A stretch of 61,625 nucleotides of DNA, counting the filler, from Sanchytrium tribonematis (taxonomy: Eukaryota), in assembly GCA_018985235.1 (NCBI GenBank). It is 10 parts of 10 records of this genome, joined end to end, with 100 filler letters (N's around TTAATTAATTAA, not from the genome) between each part and the next. Parts side by side here need not be neighbours in the genome. Positions count along the whole stretch, not along the records: positions 1 to 23,955 come from JADGIG010000074.1; 9 more parts are not named here. One strand, written 5' to 3'. The notes beneath the pieces were generated by a model that saw only the letters and a program-made list of their open reading frames with translations, ran no database searches and was not told the DNA's origin. Of this stretch, positions 1 to 9,573 are shown in pieces. The position numbers and the translations under genes were made by a program. The number at the start of each line of letters is the position of its first letter. The first letter of the stretch is position 1.

Positions 1-155
1 TGACCAGGTTGATGGGTTTGTTGCTGTGCAGATCCATATGTATTTGGTTGAGGATGACTCATTCCCAATTTCTCTTTGACTTGTTCTGCTTTCATTTCAA
101 TCTTCTCTTTCATAGTTGGTTTTTGTTGTCCATATCCTGTTTGAGTACCGTGCAT
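1..155 (-). CDS. Partial hydrophilic dehydrin/LEA-like protein (runs off window start)
   Basis: Manual translation MHGTQTGYGQQKPTMKEKIEMKAEQVKEKLGMSHPQPNTYGSAQQQ; K-segment-like KEKI/KEKLG; TATATA about 30 nt upstream. Confidence 0.45.
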   Translation of the reverse strand, partial: MHGTQTGYGQQKPTMKEKIEMKAEQVKEKLGMSHPQPNTYGSAQQQTHQPG

Positions 156-352
156 TTGATTGAAAATGGGAAGAGATTGAATATATAGTGGGTTTAAAAA
201 TAGATGAAGCATGTTGTGACGCATTGGATTATAGACCATTTATAGATTGTAAATTGCATAAAAGATGATTATAACTGGAATAAATGATGTGTATTTCATT
301 GTGCGACTTGCTCAAAGTGTACAAATAAATGATGTACGACCACAAGGGGTAG

Positions 353-1231
353 ATGCACATTTTTGTATTTTTGACAATTTTAAATGCCATTTGTACATTG
401 TGTGGTAAAGAAATAATAGAAGAGCAACTCAATTGCCAAAAATCAAATGTAATTGAAGATGAATATTCATTTTATCATCCAAATTGCATGGCAAATGAAA
501 TGATTATACAATATAAAGCAACTGAAAATGGGGTATTGCAAGAATCTATTGTGGAGGAGCACTTTGTGGATGATTTAAATGCATTTTACCATAAATTGCA
601 TCTTGTGAAATCAAATGAGATGATAATTTGCACAAATATACATTTGGTAATTACTGCAATCTATCATCGATTACAATTTATGGTTGACAATCATTATGAT
701 GCAATTCCAACGAATATTTTGTATTTAATAGCAGCATCACATATCATGAAACTCAATTTTTGGAATTCACATGTTTGGGATATTCAACTTGAATTAAAAA
801 AATTAATTGATTTGATGAAAAGTATTCAATTTATTCGTGTAATTCAAGAAAAGTACTACTATTCAAAATACTCTCTCAAATTTAAAGTTTTACAAGCTAC
901 TGTTAAAAGTCATTTCAATATCGATGGAAATTTGTTAAAATCGCAAACACGCCAAAATGACATGAAATTGATTGATAATCTTGCAAATGGTCAATATAAT
1001 GTAGATGATTTTAATTATGAACAGTCAAAAATAATGTTTCTCCAACTTGTTCAGTATAAATTTGCATTTAGCGACAACAAGGGAAAAAGTTCACCTGAAA
1101 TCAATCATTTGATAGATTCAATTTGTAAAAAATTGCACTGGATTGATTGTGTTCAGGCTCTCAAGGATGCTACTTTTTTTATTAAAAAGGGAATCAAATT
1201 TATATTACACATTAATTATGAATTGGAATGA
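353..1231 (+). CDS. Hypothetical secreted protein
   Basis: 292-aa ORF with hydrophobic signal-peptide-like N-terminus MHIFVFLTILNAICT; no recognised domain. Confidence 0.6.
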   Translation: MHIFVFLTILNAICTLCGKEIIEEQLNCQKSNVIEDEYSFYHPNCMANEMIIQYKATENGVLQESIVEEHFVDDLNAFYHKLHLVKSNEMIICTNIHLVITAIYHRLQFMVDNHYDAIPTNILYLIAASHIMKLNFWNSHVWDIQLELKKLIDLMKSIQFIRVIQEKYYYSKYSLKFKVLQATVKSHFNIDGNLLKSQTRQNDMKLIDNLANGQYNVDDFNYEQSKIMFLQLVQYKFAFSDNKGKSSPEINHLIDSICKKLHWIDCVQALKDATFFIKKGIKFILHINYELE

Positions 1232-1297
1232 AATAAAAATCATTTATTTGCCATACGATTGTTTGCCCTCATGGTGCTGGCCATGACTTGGGGATGT

Positions 1298-1693
1298 TTA
1301 TGTTTTTGGTTTTTCAGTTTTGTGATGATGCTTTTCATCTTTCTTTTCTTTGCCATGTTTATCATCATGTTTGTCGTCCTTCTTTCCTTTGCCGTGTTTA
1401 CCGTGATGTTTGTCGTCCTTGTCGTCTTTTTTGTGATGCTTTTTATGACCACCTTTTTTGTTTTTATGCTTTTTACCATCTTTGTGTTTATGTTTTCCAA
1501 CATATTTGCCATGTTTCTCAACATCATTCACTTTATGATGTTTTCCATTTTGTGATTCTGCTTTCATCAATTGTTGAAAGAGTGGGATTTTGGAAAGTGC
1601 TTGTAATTTGGAAATGATGGAAATATCCACATATTCAGAAGATTGGTGTTTGGTGGGGACTGCAATCAACAATGTCAAGTAAATGTGCAACAT
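1298..1693 (-). CDS. Secreted Lys/His/Asp-rich low-complexity protein
   Basis: Signal MLHIYLTLLIAVP, shared with 3981..4337; KHGK/KDDK repeats. Confidence 0.7.
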   Translation of the reverse strand: MLHIYLTLLIAVPTKHQSSEYVDISIISKLQALSKIPLFQQLMKAESQNGKHHKVNDVEKHGKYVGKHKHKDGKKHKNKKGGHKKHHKKDDKDDKHHGKHGKGKKDDKHDDKHGKEKKDEKHHHKTEKPKT

Positions 1694-1889
1694 ATGGAAA
1701 GAGATGAGTGGGTTTATATGGGTGGAAATGGGGAAATGGCAAGGAATGGCAAGAATGATAAATTAATTGGGATTGTGTGGATTGGTGTATTGGGATATTG
1801 AACAAGAGATTGATAATTGGATGACTTGCTTGAGATGCTTGTTGATTTTAAAATGAATTTTGAGATAGAGAATAAAAGAATTTCATAAT

Positions 1890-2999
1890 TTATTGCTTAT
1901 TTACTCTCGTTTTATCTGCTCCAAGTGGCTTTCCGTTTAAGGATGCTTTATCTGTTTTACTTCCTCGTCTAAAAAATAAAGTGGCAGCAGTACCAGTAGC
2001 GAGAATGGCAGCAGTAGCCATGGCTACTTTTCCATTACCCCAATGACTAACTTTTTGAACTGCATTTTCAACAGTTCCTTCTGCTCTTGTTGCTGCTATT
2101 TCTGCAGCCAATTCCGCGTTTCTTGCTGTTCTTTCTGCTGTTGTTGCTACATTTCCAGTAGAATGATCAGCTGCCATTTCTGCTGCTGCTGCTAATTCAG
2201 CACGTTTTTTTGCAGCATAAGCTTCTGAATTTTTTGCAGCAGATAGAGGAATCTCAATTCCAATTTTAGATAGGGCTTGTTTTGTAGCACTTTGACTTGA
2301 TACAAATAATTTGGTGATTTCTGTATTCTCTAAATGGTGCTTAAAGAAATCCACAATAAGTCCACGTCTAATATAATCCTTTGTTAAAAATGATTTCAAT
2401 TCACCTGCTACATCTTGTGATAGACTATTACTTTCTAAAACCTTATTTAAATTACTTAATTTTTGCAATTTGTCTTTCATTGGCAAATGATGAATTTCTT
2501 CCAACTTTAAAGTCCTTTTATTCTCCACTAAACCAATAGCAGTTGCTAATTCTGGATAATCTTTCAGAAAATCCAATCTACCAATCTCAATCGCATCATA
2601 AAGTGATTTTGAGGCTGCTTTAATTGCTGGTTCTCCTTTTGGATCTCCTTGATGCTGCAATAATTCTTGTAATTTCTTAACTTTATTCATGAATTCATTG
2701 TTACTTTTAATGGCATCTTCTAAATATGCTACATATGGACTATCTGGCATTTCTGTCTTTGCTTTTTGTAGCAACTCTGTAGGATTTAATTTGTTGATTG
2801 CTCGTGCCTCTTCTACACTGAAACTATGAAGGATTGTAAGTTCATCTTTAAGTGCAGACTCTACAATATCTAAATAATTTAATGGGGGATTAATGTCACT
2901 GACTTTACCTCGGATTCGATTGTAGGTTGGGGTGCTAATTTCATCTATCCATGAAACAGCAGATACCATTGCCAATAATACAAATAAATACAATCGCAT
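1890..2999 (-). CDS. Secreted single-TM family 'GAD-RV' member 1
   Basis: Signal MRLYLFVLLAMVSA; helical ectodomain; TM MATAAILATGTAATLFF; tail LNGKPLGADKTRV. Confidence 0.8.
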   Translation of the reverse strand: MRLYLFVLLAMVSAVSWIDEISTPTYNRIRGKVSDINPPLNYLDIVESALKDELTILHSFSVEEARAINKLNPTELLQKAKTEMPDSPYVAYLEDAIKSNNEFMNKVKKLQELLQHQGDPKGEPAIKAASKSLYDAIEIGRLDFLKDYPELATAIGLVENKRTLKLEEIHHLPMKDKLQKLSNLNKVLESNSLSQDVAGELKSFLTKDYIRRGLIVDFFKHHLENTEITKLFVSSQSATKQALSKIGIEIPLSAAKNSEAYAAKKRAELAAAAEMAADHSTGNVATTAERTARNAELAAEIAATRAEGTVENAVQKVSHWGNGKVAMATAAILATGTAATLFFRRGSKTDKASLNGKPLGADKTRVNKQ

Positions 3000-3125
3000 T
3001 ACCAATTTGGGGACATTTCCATTCAAATAGTCCCTTTCGTCCACGTGTCCCACACGTGATTCATTTTGATCCAATCATTTTATCTAAATGCGACGAAAAG
3101 AGTACATCATTTACTTGTGCAACGT
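3000..3125 (-). promoter_or_regulatory. Conserved promoter of the GAD-RV family (copies at about 3769-3895 and 16480-16625)
   Basis: Shared blocks ATGTACTC..TGATTGGATC (CCAAT box)..AATGA(A)TCAC..GGACTATTTRAATGGA (TATA-like) in the same order upstream of all three ATGs. Confidence 0.65.
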
Positions 3126-3157
3126 AGCCATAAATAGATTTAAATCAACATTCAAAT

Positions 3158-3768
3158 TTATTGTCGTGGTTTGACACCAATTGGATTTGCAGGTAGTTGT
3201 GGCACTCTCATTGTATCTGCTCCACCTGATTGTCCATTTTGTAATTTTTGATATGTTGTTTTTAGTTATCGCGAATATAAGTCTTTTCTAGTTCAAATTT
3301 TAATTTCGCAGCATCAAATTCATCTGGTTTCCCCTTTGCCAATTCCTCTAACTCTGACAAATCATCTGAGGAGCTACTTGTGATTCTCTTTAGAACATTC
3401 TTGTATTCATTTTCATGTTGGACGAAATTTTCGGAAGTATCTGAAAATAATCTGACTTTATCAGTCTCTGCTTCCTACTTATTTATCAAATTACGATCTA
3501 GCCCTAGTTTACCTGATACATTCAACAATTCATCCGGATTCAAATTATTTACACTATCTCTCAATGTAATGAACTGGTTCCTGTATATCTCTGGTAATGA
3601 CTGATCATTCAATCTATCATCTAAATTGTGAATTATAATTGTTTTTACTGTTTGTTGCACATCAGGCAATTTTTTCAAAAGAGGGTTAATTTCTGGATCT
3701 GCCACCTTTTGGAACCATGGTTTATCAGCAGATACCATTGCCAATAATACAAACAGATACAGTCGCAT
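3158..3768 (-). pseudogene. GAD-RV family member 2, disrupted
   Basis: Same signal peptide; in-frame TAG at 3475-3477; homologous sequence continues (SSDDLSELEELAKG); TM deleted; tail YQKLQNGQSGGADTMRV..KPRQ* in another frame. Confidence 0.75.
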
Positions 3769-3980
3769 TTCCATTTTGGGGGACATTTCCATTCAAATAG
3801 TCCCTCTCGTCCACGTGTTCTACATGTGACTCATTTTGATCCAATCATTTTATCTAAATGTGATTACAACTGAGTACATCATCTACTTGTGCAACCATGA
3901 CACGTACATTTCGCTACCAAAAATATAGAATACTTGCATTTGGTTCTTTGTTACTGACATTGAAAATTGATAAAACATAT

Positions 3981-4337
3981 TTATTGTCGACCGGGTTTGA
4001 GACCCTTGGAATCTTGGGGTCCTTTGTCACCTTTTGAACGAGGTCGTGGTGGTTGTGGACCATGATTAGGACCATTTCCACCAGGTGGACCACCGTGTCT
4101 CTCTTTTCCATCTTTTCCTCTTTTGTGATTTCCATCATGATCTTGAAGATGTCTTCCACCTGGTGGACCACGATTTTGTACTTTGCGAGGGTGCTGATCA
4201 GGGACTTCACGCTTGTGATGTCTTTGGTGGGGAACAATTTTAATATTTTGAGAATGAGGATCATGAGGAGATCTCAAATGTTTTGATGGTTTGTCAACTG
4301 GAATCGCAGATAGTAATGTGAAGTAAATGTGCAACAT
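3981..4337 (-). CDS. Secreted His/Gly/Pro/basic low-complexity protein
   Basis: Signal MLHIYFTLLSAIP, paralogous to 1298..1693; GPPGG repeats. Confidence 0.7.
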   Translation of the reverse strand: MLHIYFTLLSAIPVDKPSKHLRSPHDPHSQNIKIVPHQRHHKREVPDQHPRKVQNRGPPGGRHLQDHDGNHKRGKDGKERHGGPPGGNGPNHGPQPPRPRSKGDKGPQDSKGLKPGRQ

Positions 4338-4509
4338 AATTGTCGAGGACAGTGCAGCTTATATCTGGTCCGTAGATCATTTGCAAGCATTTTGTAACAA
4401 CATGATTGGTTTTGCAATTTTTCTTCATTGGTTCAATCAATTCCCCAAGTCTTGTGCTTAATGACTCGGTAAACAGTTTGAAGACAGTGCAATGCGCATT
4501 CGAAATTAT

Positions 4510-4974
4510 TTATTTTGTTCGATCTGTTGATTCTATCATGTTAAACAAGTCTATTAATTCTTTAAAGTAGGGACTCGCTTTGCCGGTGAATCTGTCTTTA
4601 ATGGGTTGACAGTCATTAAATTGGTAAGTAAAATCAGTTTTGTACCAGGTCTTGAGTAGTAAGATTGTTATGACATCTTCTGGCTCTACCACTCTATAAA
4701 CATCCTTGTTTTGAAATCTAATCTCATATTTGCCATTTAAATGTTCAATTTTAGCAAAATCGAGTTTACCATTACTGTTTTGTTCAATTCTAAGTACCAC
4801 TGGATTGACTAATCGTAATTCACTTGCACGCTCATATTGTTTTAATCGGATGCACTCTTTAAATGAATTACTTTTAATGTAGTCCCAAATATTGGTTTGT
4901 GCTGACTCTGGAAGACGATCTAATAGATTATGAGTGAGTGATGGGATGGAGAATAGAAATGGAATTAGCAACAT
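4510..4974 (-). CDS. Hypothetical, probably secreted protein
   Basis: 154-aa ORF with short hydrophobic N-terminus MLLIPFLFSIP. Confidence 0.55.
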   Translation of the reverse strand: MLLIPFLFSIPSLTHNLLDRLPESAQTNIWDYIKSNSFKECIRLKQYERASELRLVNPVVLRIEQNSNGKLDFAKIEHLNGKYEIRFQNKDVYRVVEPEDVITILLLKTWYKTDFTYQFNDCQPIKDRFTGKASPYFKELIDLFNMIESTDRTK

Positions 4975-5068
4975 GTTTGAGCAAGTGACTTAAGTTTAAA
5001 GTTGTAACGTATTGCGTGATGGATCGTCAATGTTGATGCAATTGGCAAATCGAAATTCATTAACTTTA

Positions 5069-5404
5069 TTAAGCAGTTGGTGCTGCATTATCTTTATTAG
5101 TCATGGCTGATATTGAATCATTAAAAGATTCTAATTCAACATCATCTGTTTGCTTTTTAATATGTGCTTCTATTTCAGTTGATTTTGCTCGAATATTAGC
5201 TTGAGTGGGTGATATGCCTGTTGATTCTGTAATATTATTAAAATTGAAGCTTGGACCTAGATTTTGGGAAGTGGCAATTGAATTTGAAAATGGACTTGCT
5301 CCAATAAAGTTGCTGGGAGTAGCAGACTGATGGTGTTGAACTAGCATAAATGGAATAGATGATATTAAACTAGATACCATGAACATATGGCAACGTGGTT
5401 GCAA
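5069..5404 (-). CDS. Hypothetical small protein
   Basis: ORF only; start uncertain. Confidence 0.35.
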   Translation of the reverse strand: MQPRCHMFMVSSLISSIPFMLVQHHQSATPSNFIGASPFSNSIATSQNLGPSFNFNNITESTGISPTQANIRAKSTEIEAHIKKQTDDVELESFNDSISAMTNKDNAAPTA

Positions 5405-5501
5405 CAGAATTAAAAGAGTTTAAAATGTTCACAAATGTCTGTTGTCAAATTGGTGACCTTGTGCGATCAAAACACTAAAAGAGACAAATTTATTGATTCG
5501 C

Positions 5502-5957
5502 TTATTGACGCTTTACTTTTGGAGATGGTCTTTTTCCGCGCACTGGGCCATTTGTTTGCTGTTGTGGAAATCTACCCGGTTGAAATGGGCCTGGTGGAAA
5601 CCTACCAGATTGTTTTCCGAATTGACCATTGGGGTTTCTTGGAATTGGTCCTTTTGCTGTTTTCGCTTTTGCAATTTCTTTCTTTAATTCTTTCACAATT
5701 CCATCAAATTGACCAATGGAAATACGTGGTGCAGAGCATGTCTCTCCCAAGAATTCCAAATAATGGTTGTACTTTGCAGTCACGCCCTGACTTGCAAATC
5801 GTTGTGCAGGATTCATTGACATTGGAAATAATTGCTCATTGTGGATCTTTTGCATTTCTTTCACAGTGCGTTGACAATGTGCATATGTTTGGGGATTAAG
5901 TTGTTTGTTAATATCCAAAGTCCAAGTGGCAGCGTAAATCATTGATGTCATCAACAT
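5502..5957 (-). CDS. Hypothetical small secreted protein with Gly/Pro/Gln-rich tail
   Basis: Probable start MLMTSMIYA; GRFP repeats; ends KVKRQ. Confidence 0.55.
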   Translation of the reverse strand: MLMTSMIYAATWTLDINKQLNPQTYAHCQRTVKEMQKIHNEQLFPMSMNPAQRFASQGVTAKYNHYLEFLGETCSAPRISIGQFDGIVKELKKEIAKAKTAKGPIPRNPNGQFGKQSGRFPPGPFQPGRFPQQQTNGPVRGKRPSPKVKRQ

Positions 5958-6200
5958 TAAGGGGTAAATTGAAAAAACATTTTTGTATCCCCAATTTGTC
6001 ACGTTGCATCATCCCATTGGATCCTTCAGGTTGTACGATGAATTACAAATTACACAGAGATTCACAGAATATCACAGAATATTCCATACTCTACGTCGAA
6101 AGATGATCCCAAAATGACGTCATACATGATCAAAATACGTCCATGACGAATTAGACGAGAGACTTGCGGGCAAATTGCCGTGAAACAGGATATTGCTCAA

Positions 6201-6515
6201 ATGAAAATACATTTATTGTTGAATCCCATGCCACAGAGACTACAACCAAAGCAAGAATGTCAAAATACCCATAAATGCAATGTGTGCTATGCCATGTTTA
6301 CATCTCAGTCAGCATTAGCCAGACATGTGAAAAGTGTGCACTGTGACCCACGCCAATGTCCATTATGTCATAAACATATTAAATATCGCGCTAGAATTGA
6401 TAATTTGAGAGCGCATTTAACAAGATGTCGGGTATTTCGTGCTAAATTTCAATATTGTGATCCTAAATTCATGAATCAGTTGGTTCATAGTATTCAAATG
6501 ACATTAGAAGAATAA
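6201..6515 (+). CDS. C2H2 zinc-finger protein
   Basis: HKCNVCYAMFTSQSALARHVKSVH and CPLC..LRAHLTRC; perfect CRE TGACGTCA at 6115-6122 upstream. Confidence 0.8.
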   Translation: MKIHLLLNPMPQRLQPKQECQNTHKCNVCYAMFTSQSALARHVKSVHCDPRQCPLCHKHIKYRARIDNLRAHLTRCRVFRAKFQYCDPKFMNQLVHSIQMTLEE

Positions 6516-6861
6516 TAAATGCATTTTATTCAGATTTATAAGCGTATTGGGAGATGCTACTTGTTTCAAAATGGTTTCGCACGTGAATTGAAAAAATATT
6601 TTAAATCGAATCGATTGAAAATTGGATTTTGAAATGAAAATGTGTAATTGAATGAAATGAAGATTAAATAGTATCTATTGCGTATTGACAATGTAATTAT
6701 GGTACTGGTGGGTCTGCAACATCTAAAATGACGCGATGCGGATAAAATCATCGAATCAAAATTTGTAGTTTCGACTCTAAAATGGCCATTTTACCATCAA
6801 AAATCATAAAAATGGCAATGATTAATTAATAAACTGTTTATTATTATAACTAAATGTCCAA

Positions 6862-7029
6862 CTACTGTGATTTTAACCAACTTTCTAGCTTAATGACTTG
6901 GTATTCAAATTCTTTAATCTGTAACTTGAGATTATAATTTCTCAAGTTCATAAGCACTACATCTTTGTGTAAAGTACAATTCTCTTCACTGAGTACTTTA
7001 ATTCTTTTTTCTAATGTTGGGATTGGCAT
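6862..7029 (-). CDS. Leucine-zipper-only small protein
   Basis: Heptad L-L-L-M-L-F-L in LEKRIKVLSEENCTLHKDVVLMNLRNYNLKLQIKEFEYQVIKL; no basic region. Confidence 0.5.
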   Translation of the reverse strand: MPIPTLEKRIKVLSEENCTLHKDVVLMNLRNYNLKLQIKEFEYQVIKLESWLKSQ

Positions 7030-7085
7030 GGATTGATGTCTCAAGGGATTTTGGAAATGATTCCGTTTTATTAAAGGATAAATGA

Positions 7086-7478
7086 TGAGTCATCTAGTCG
7101 CAGGCGATCCATCCAATTAGACCATCGAAAACACGCAGTGCGAGTCACGATGCCGATCAAATTTCAGGGATTGGTTAAAAAACTCCTCATTTTACAAATC
7201 GGTGAGTCATCAATCGTCATTTTCGATGTAATTTATGAAACAAATAGATCTTTTCGCATTAGTAAATGCACCAACAAACTCACCATTTCATTAGTCAAGT
7301 AAAAAAGATGACAATAGGGCCGATTTCATCTCTTAAAACACTAAAGTAGAAATATTTCAAATTTCAGTCAAATCTGACGACTTTGCAAAAATAGAGAGAT
7401 TGATGAAAATATCTTGAAAATAACATTTTAAACTCTCTAAAATAGCCATCTCACTAGTAAACAACTCATGATGACTCA
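7086..7478. promoter_or_regulatory. Three perfect AP-1/Gcn4 sites (TGASTCA)
   Basis: TGAGTCA 7086-7092 and 7203-7209; TGACTCA 7472-7478. Confidence 0.45.
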
Positions 7479-7505
7479 TCACAATTGAATCATTTGCCAT
7501 TTCAG

Positions 7506-8303
7506 ATGAAACAGTCGGATGATGCAAATCAAATTTCAGTTGCATCTGTTGAAAAAGAACTGTTTTGTGGCAGTATAGCCGGAATGGTGGCTAAAATCGT
7601 TGAACATCCATTAGATACCATCAAAACACGTCAACAAACAACAGGACATTCCATTTCATCCATTTCCAAATCTATCTTTAAAGAACATTGGAAGAGCATC
7701 TACAAGGGTCTCAGCTTCCCATTATTTGGTGCTATTATTGAAAATGCGTCTCTATTTGGGATGTATGAGATCGGATATAAGCAAACCAACAATTTCTATT
7801 TGGCAGGTGGATTTGCTGGTTTTTGCACATCTTTTCTACTCACTCCAATTGAACTTGTCAAGGTCAAATGCCAAGTGAATACACTCCACTATCACAATTA
7901 TGATGCATTTCAAGTCATTAAACAGATTTATAAAGATAAAACATGGTATAATGGCCATTTAGCCACTTGCGTCAAAGAAACATTCGGTGGGATGATTTGG
8001 TTTGGTGCTTACCATGCGTATATCTCTAATAAATCAAAACCCACGACTCTAGATTACTTTCTAGGGGGTTGTATAGCGGGTATCTCCTATAATCTACTGC
8101 TCTATCCCGTAGATGTCATAAAATCAAAGCGACAAGCAACAGGAATGCCATTATGGAATATTGTGAAAGCGACTTTGAGTAGTCGAAAAAAGATGTTTAC
8201 CGGATTAACTATGAGTTTGATGAAAAGCATTCCTTCTAGTGGATGCACCTTTTTAGTGTATGAATATGTAAGTGCAATTTACGATACTTGGAATAAATCA
8301 TGA
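7506..8303 (+). CDS. Mitochondrial carrier (SLC25), ornithine/amino-acid carrier-like
   Basis: Three PX[DE]XXKX[RK] motifs (PLDTIKTR, PIELVKVK, PVDVIKSK); ENASLF and KETFGG contact-point-like segments. Confidence 0.9.
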   Translation: MKQSDDANQISVASVEKELFCGSIAGMVAKIVEHPLDTIKTRQQTTGHSISSISKSIFKEHWKSIYKGLSFPLFGAIIENASLFGMYEIGYKQTNNFYLAGGFAGFCTSFLLTPIELVKVKCQVNTLHYHNYDAFQVIKQIYKDKTWYNGHLATCVKETFGGMIWFGAYHAYISNKSKPTTLDYFLGGCIAGISYNLLLYPVDVIKSKRQATGMPLWNIVKATLSSRKKMFTGLTMSLMKSIPSSGCTFLVYEYVSAIYDTWNKS

Positions 8304-8335
8304 ATATTTTTCAAACCACTTGAAACATTTAAAAA

Positions 8336-9546
8336 ATGTCATTTGAAAATGATCATCTCAGACAAATCAAATCACAAGTGAAATCCCAATTATACAAAGG
8401 ACTAAATCCAATTAATGTATCTAAACAAGATGCTCAATTACTGGGCATTATTGCTAATTATTTAGATAAATTAAATTTAACAGCCACACTCAACACCCTG
8501 CAATCAGAATGCAATTATATCCCATCTAATGACGATTTAGTGAATATATATGACTATTACAAGACATCAGATACATTAAATTATGATTTAAATCATTTAC
8601 AGAATCATTATGCCAATTTATTGAGAGATATTGAGAATAAACATTCTATAGATTTAGCTAAACAAGAAGAACAATATAAACAACTATATTATCAATTACA
8701 ACAGGATTATGATAGCTATAAAAGATTAATTCAACATAAATTAGAAAATATCAATAAATCACCCTCACATTTCGTATTAGAGAGTATTCAACGGGATTTG
8801 ATGGAATTAAAGAGTGCTGTACTTGATTTACAAGTTAAAAAAGATCCATATTTGTATGAATTAGAGGGGATTAAACAATTATTAAAAAATGATGTGAGGC
8901 CATTTCCAAAACAACCAGCTGCATTTACTCATGAACATGAGAGTGTGTATCAATATAAACAACAATTAGATCAAATGTCACTTAGAAATAAGGAATTACA
9001 ACGAGAATTGGCTGATTTACGATATTTGAATGCAAATACGCCAAATGCCAAAGAATCCCGTGCCAATTCCATTAAATCAGATTTATCTCAAAATGAATTA
9101 AAATTATTAAGAAAAAGATCACCAGAAAAGAATAATAATACGGGATATGACTTGAGTCCAGCAGAATTGAAATTATTGAGTAAAGAATCCAATGAAGTTG
9201 AAATTGAAAGAGATGGGGTTGGTAGTGATTTGAGTAATTCTGAATTGAGATTATTGCGACAATCCAAGACGGATAAACCAGAAAAATATGAGAAATCACC
9301 CAATAAAAATGAAAAGAATGTTTCATTCTCTACAAATGACCAACAAATGGATGAATTGGATAAAATGGATAAAAATGGGAAACATGTGGTCATTGCTGCT
9401 GTAGATGAGCAAATTGATGATTTAAAAACTGATTTAGACCCACCCATGGAAGATTTAAAAGTAATTGATTTGCCAGTGCAAGATGATGTAAATTTATATT
9501 CATTTAGATGGTTTCTAGCAAGAAAACAGAAGATATATCATGGTAA
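8336..9546 (+). CDS. LisH/coiled-coil centriolar protein, OFD1/FOP-like (join 8336..9487,9508..9546)
   Basis: N-terminal IKSQVKSQL and LisH-like LLGIIANYLDKLNLTATLNTLQSE; coiled coils; spliced C-terminus ..EDISW* resembles the OFD1 acidic-W end. Confidence 0.6.
9488..9507 (+). other. 20-nt spliceosomal intron GTAAATTTATATTCATTTAG
   Basis: Matches the consensus of the 19-nt introns (A at -6); removal ends the ORF before it overlaps the convergent gene. Confidence 0.65.
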
Positions 9547-9573
9547 TCCAATAAATAAAAATACAATTTATTT

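Noticed and set aside
1054..1071. Possible 18-nt intron GTATAAATTTGCATTTAG
   Set aside because: Fits the consensus but is in frame with no stop and no homolog to test; undecidable without RNA-seq
1259..1617. Hydrophobic plus-strand ORFs
   Set aside because: Antisense shadows of the Lys/His-rich repeat gene
3475..3477. In-frame TAG as evidence of stop-codon reassignment
   Set aside because: TAA, TAG and TGA all end conserved genes in the window, and this copy also has a deletion and frameshift, so it is a pseudogene
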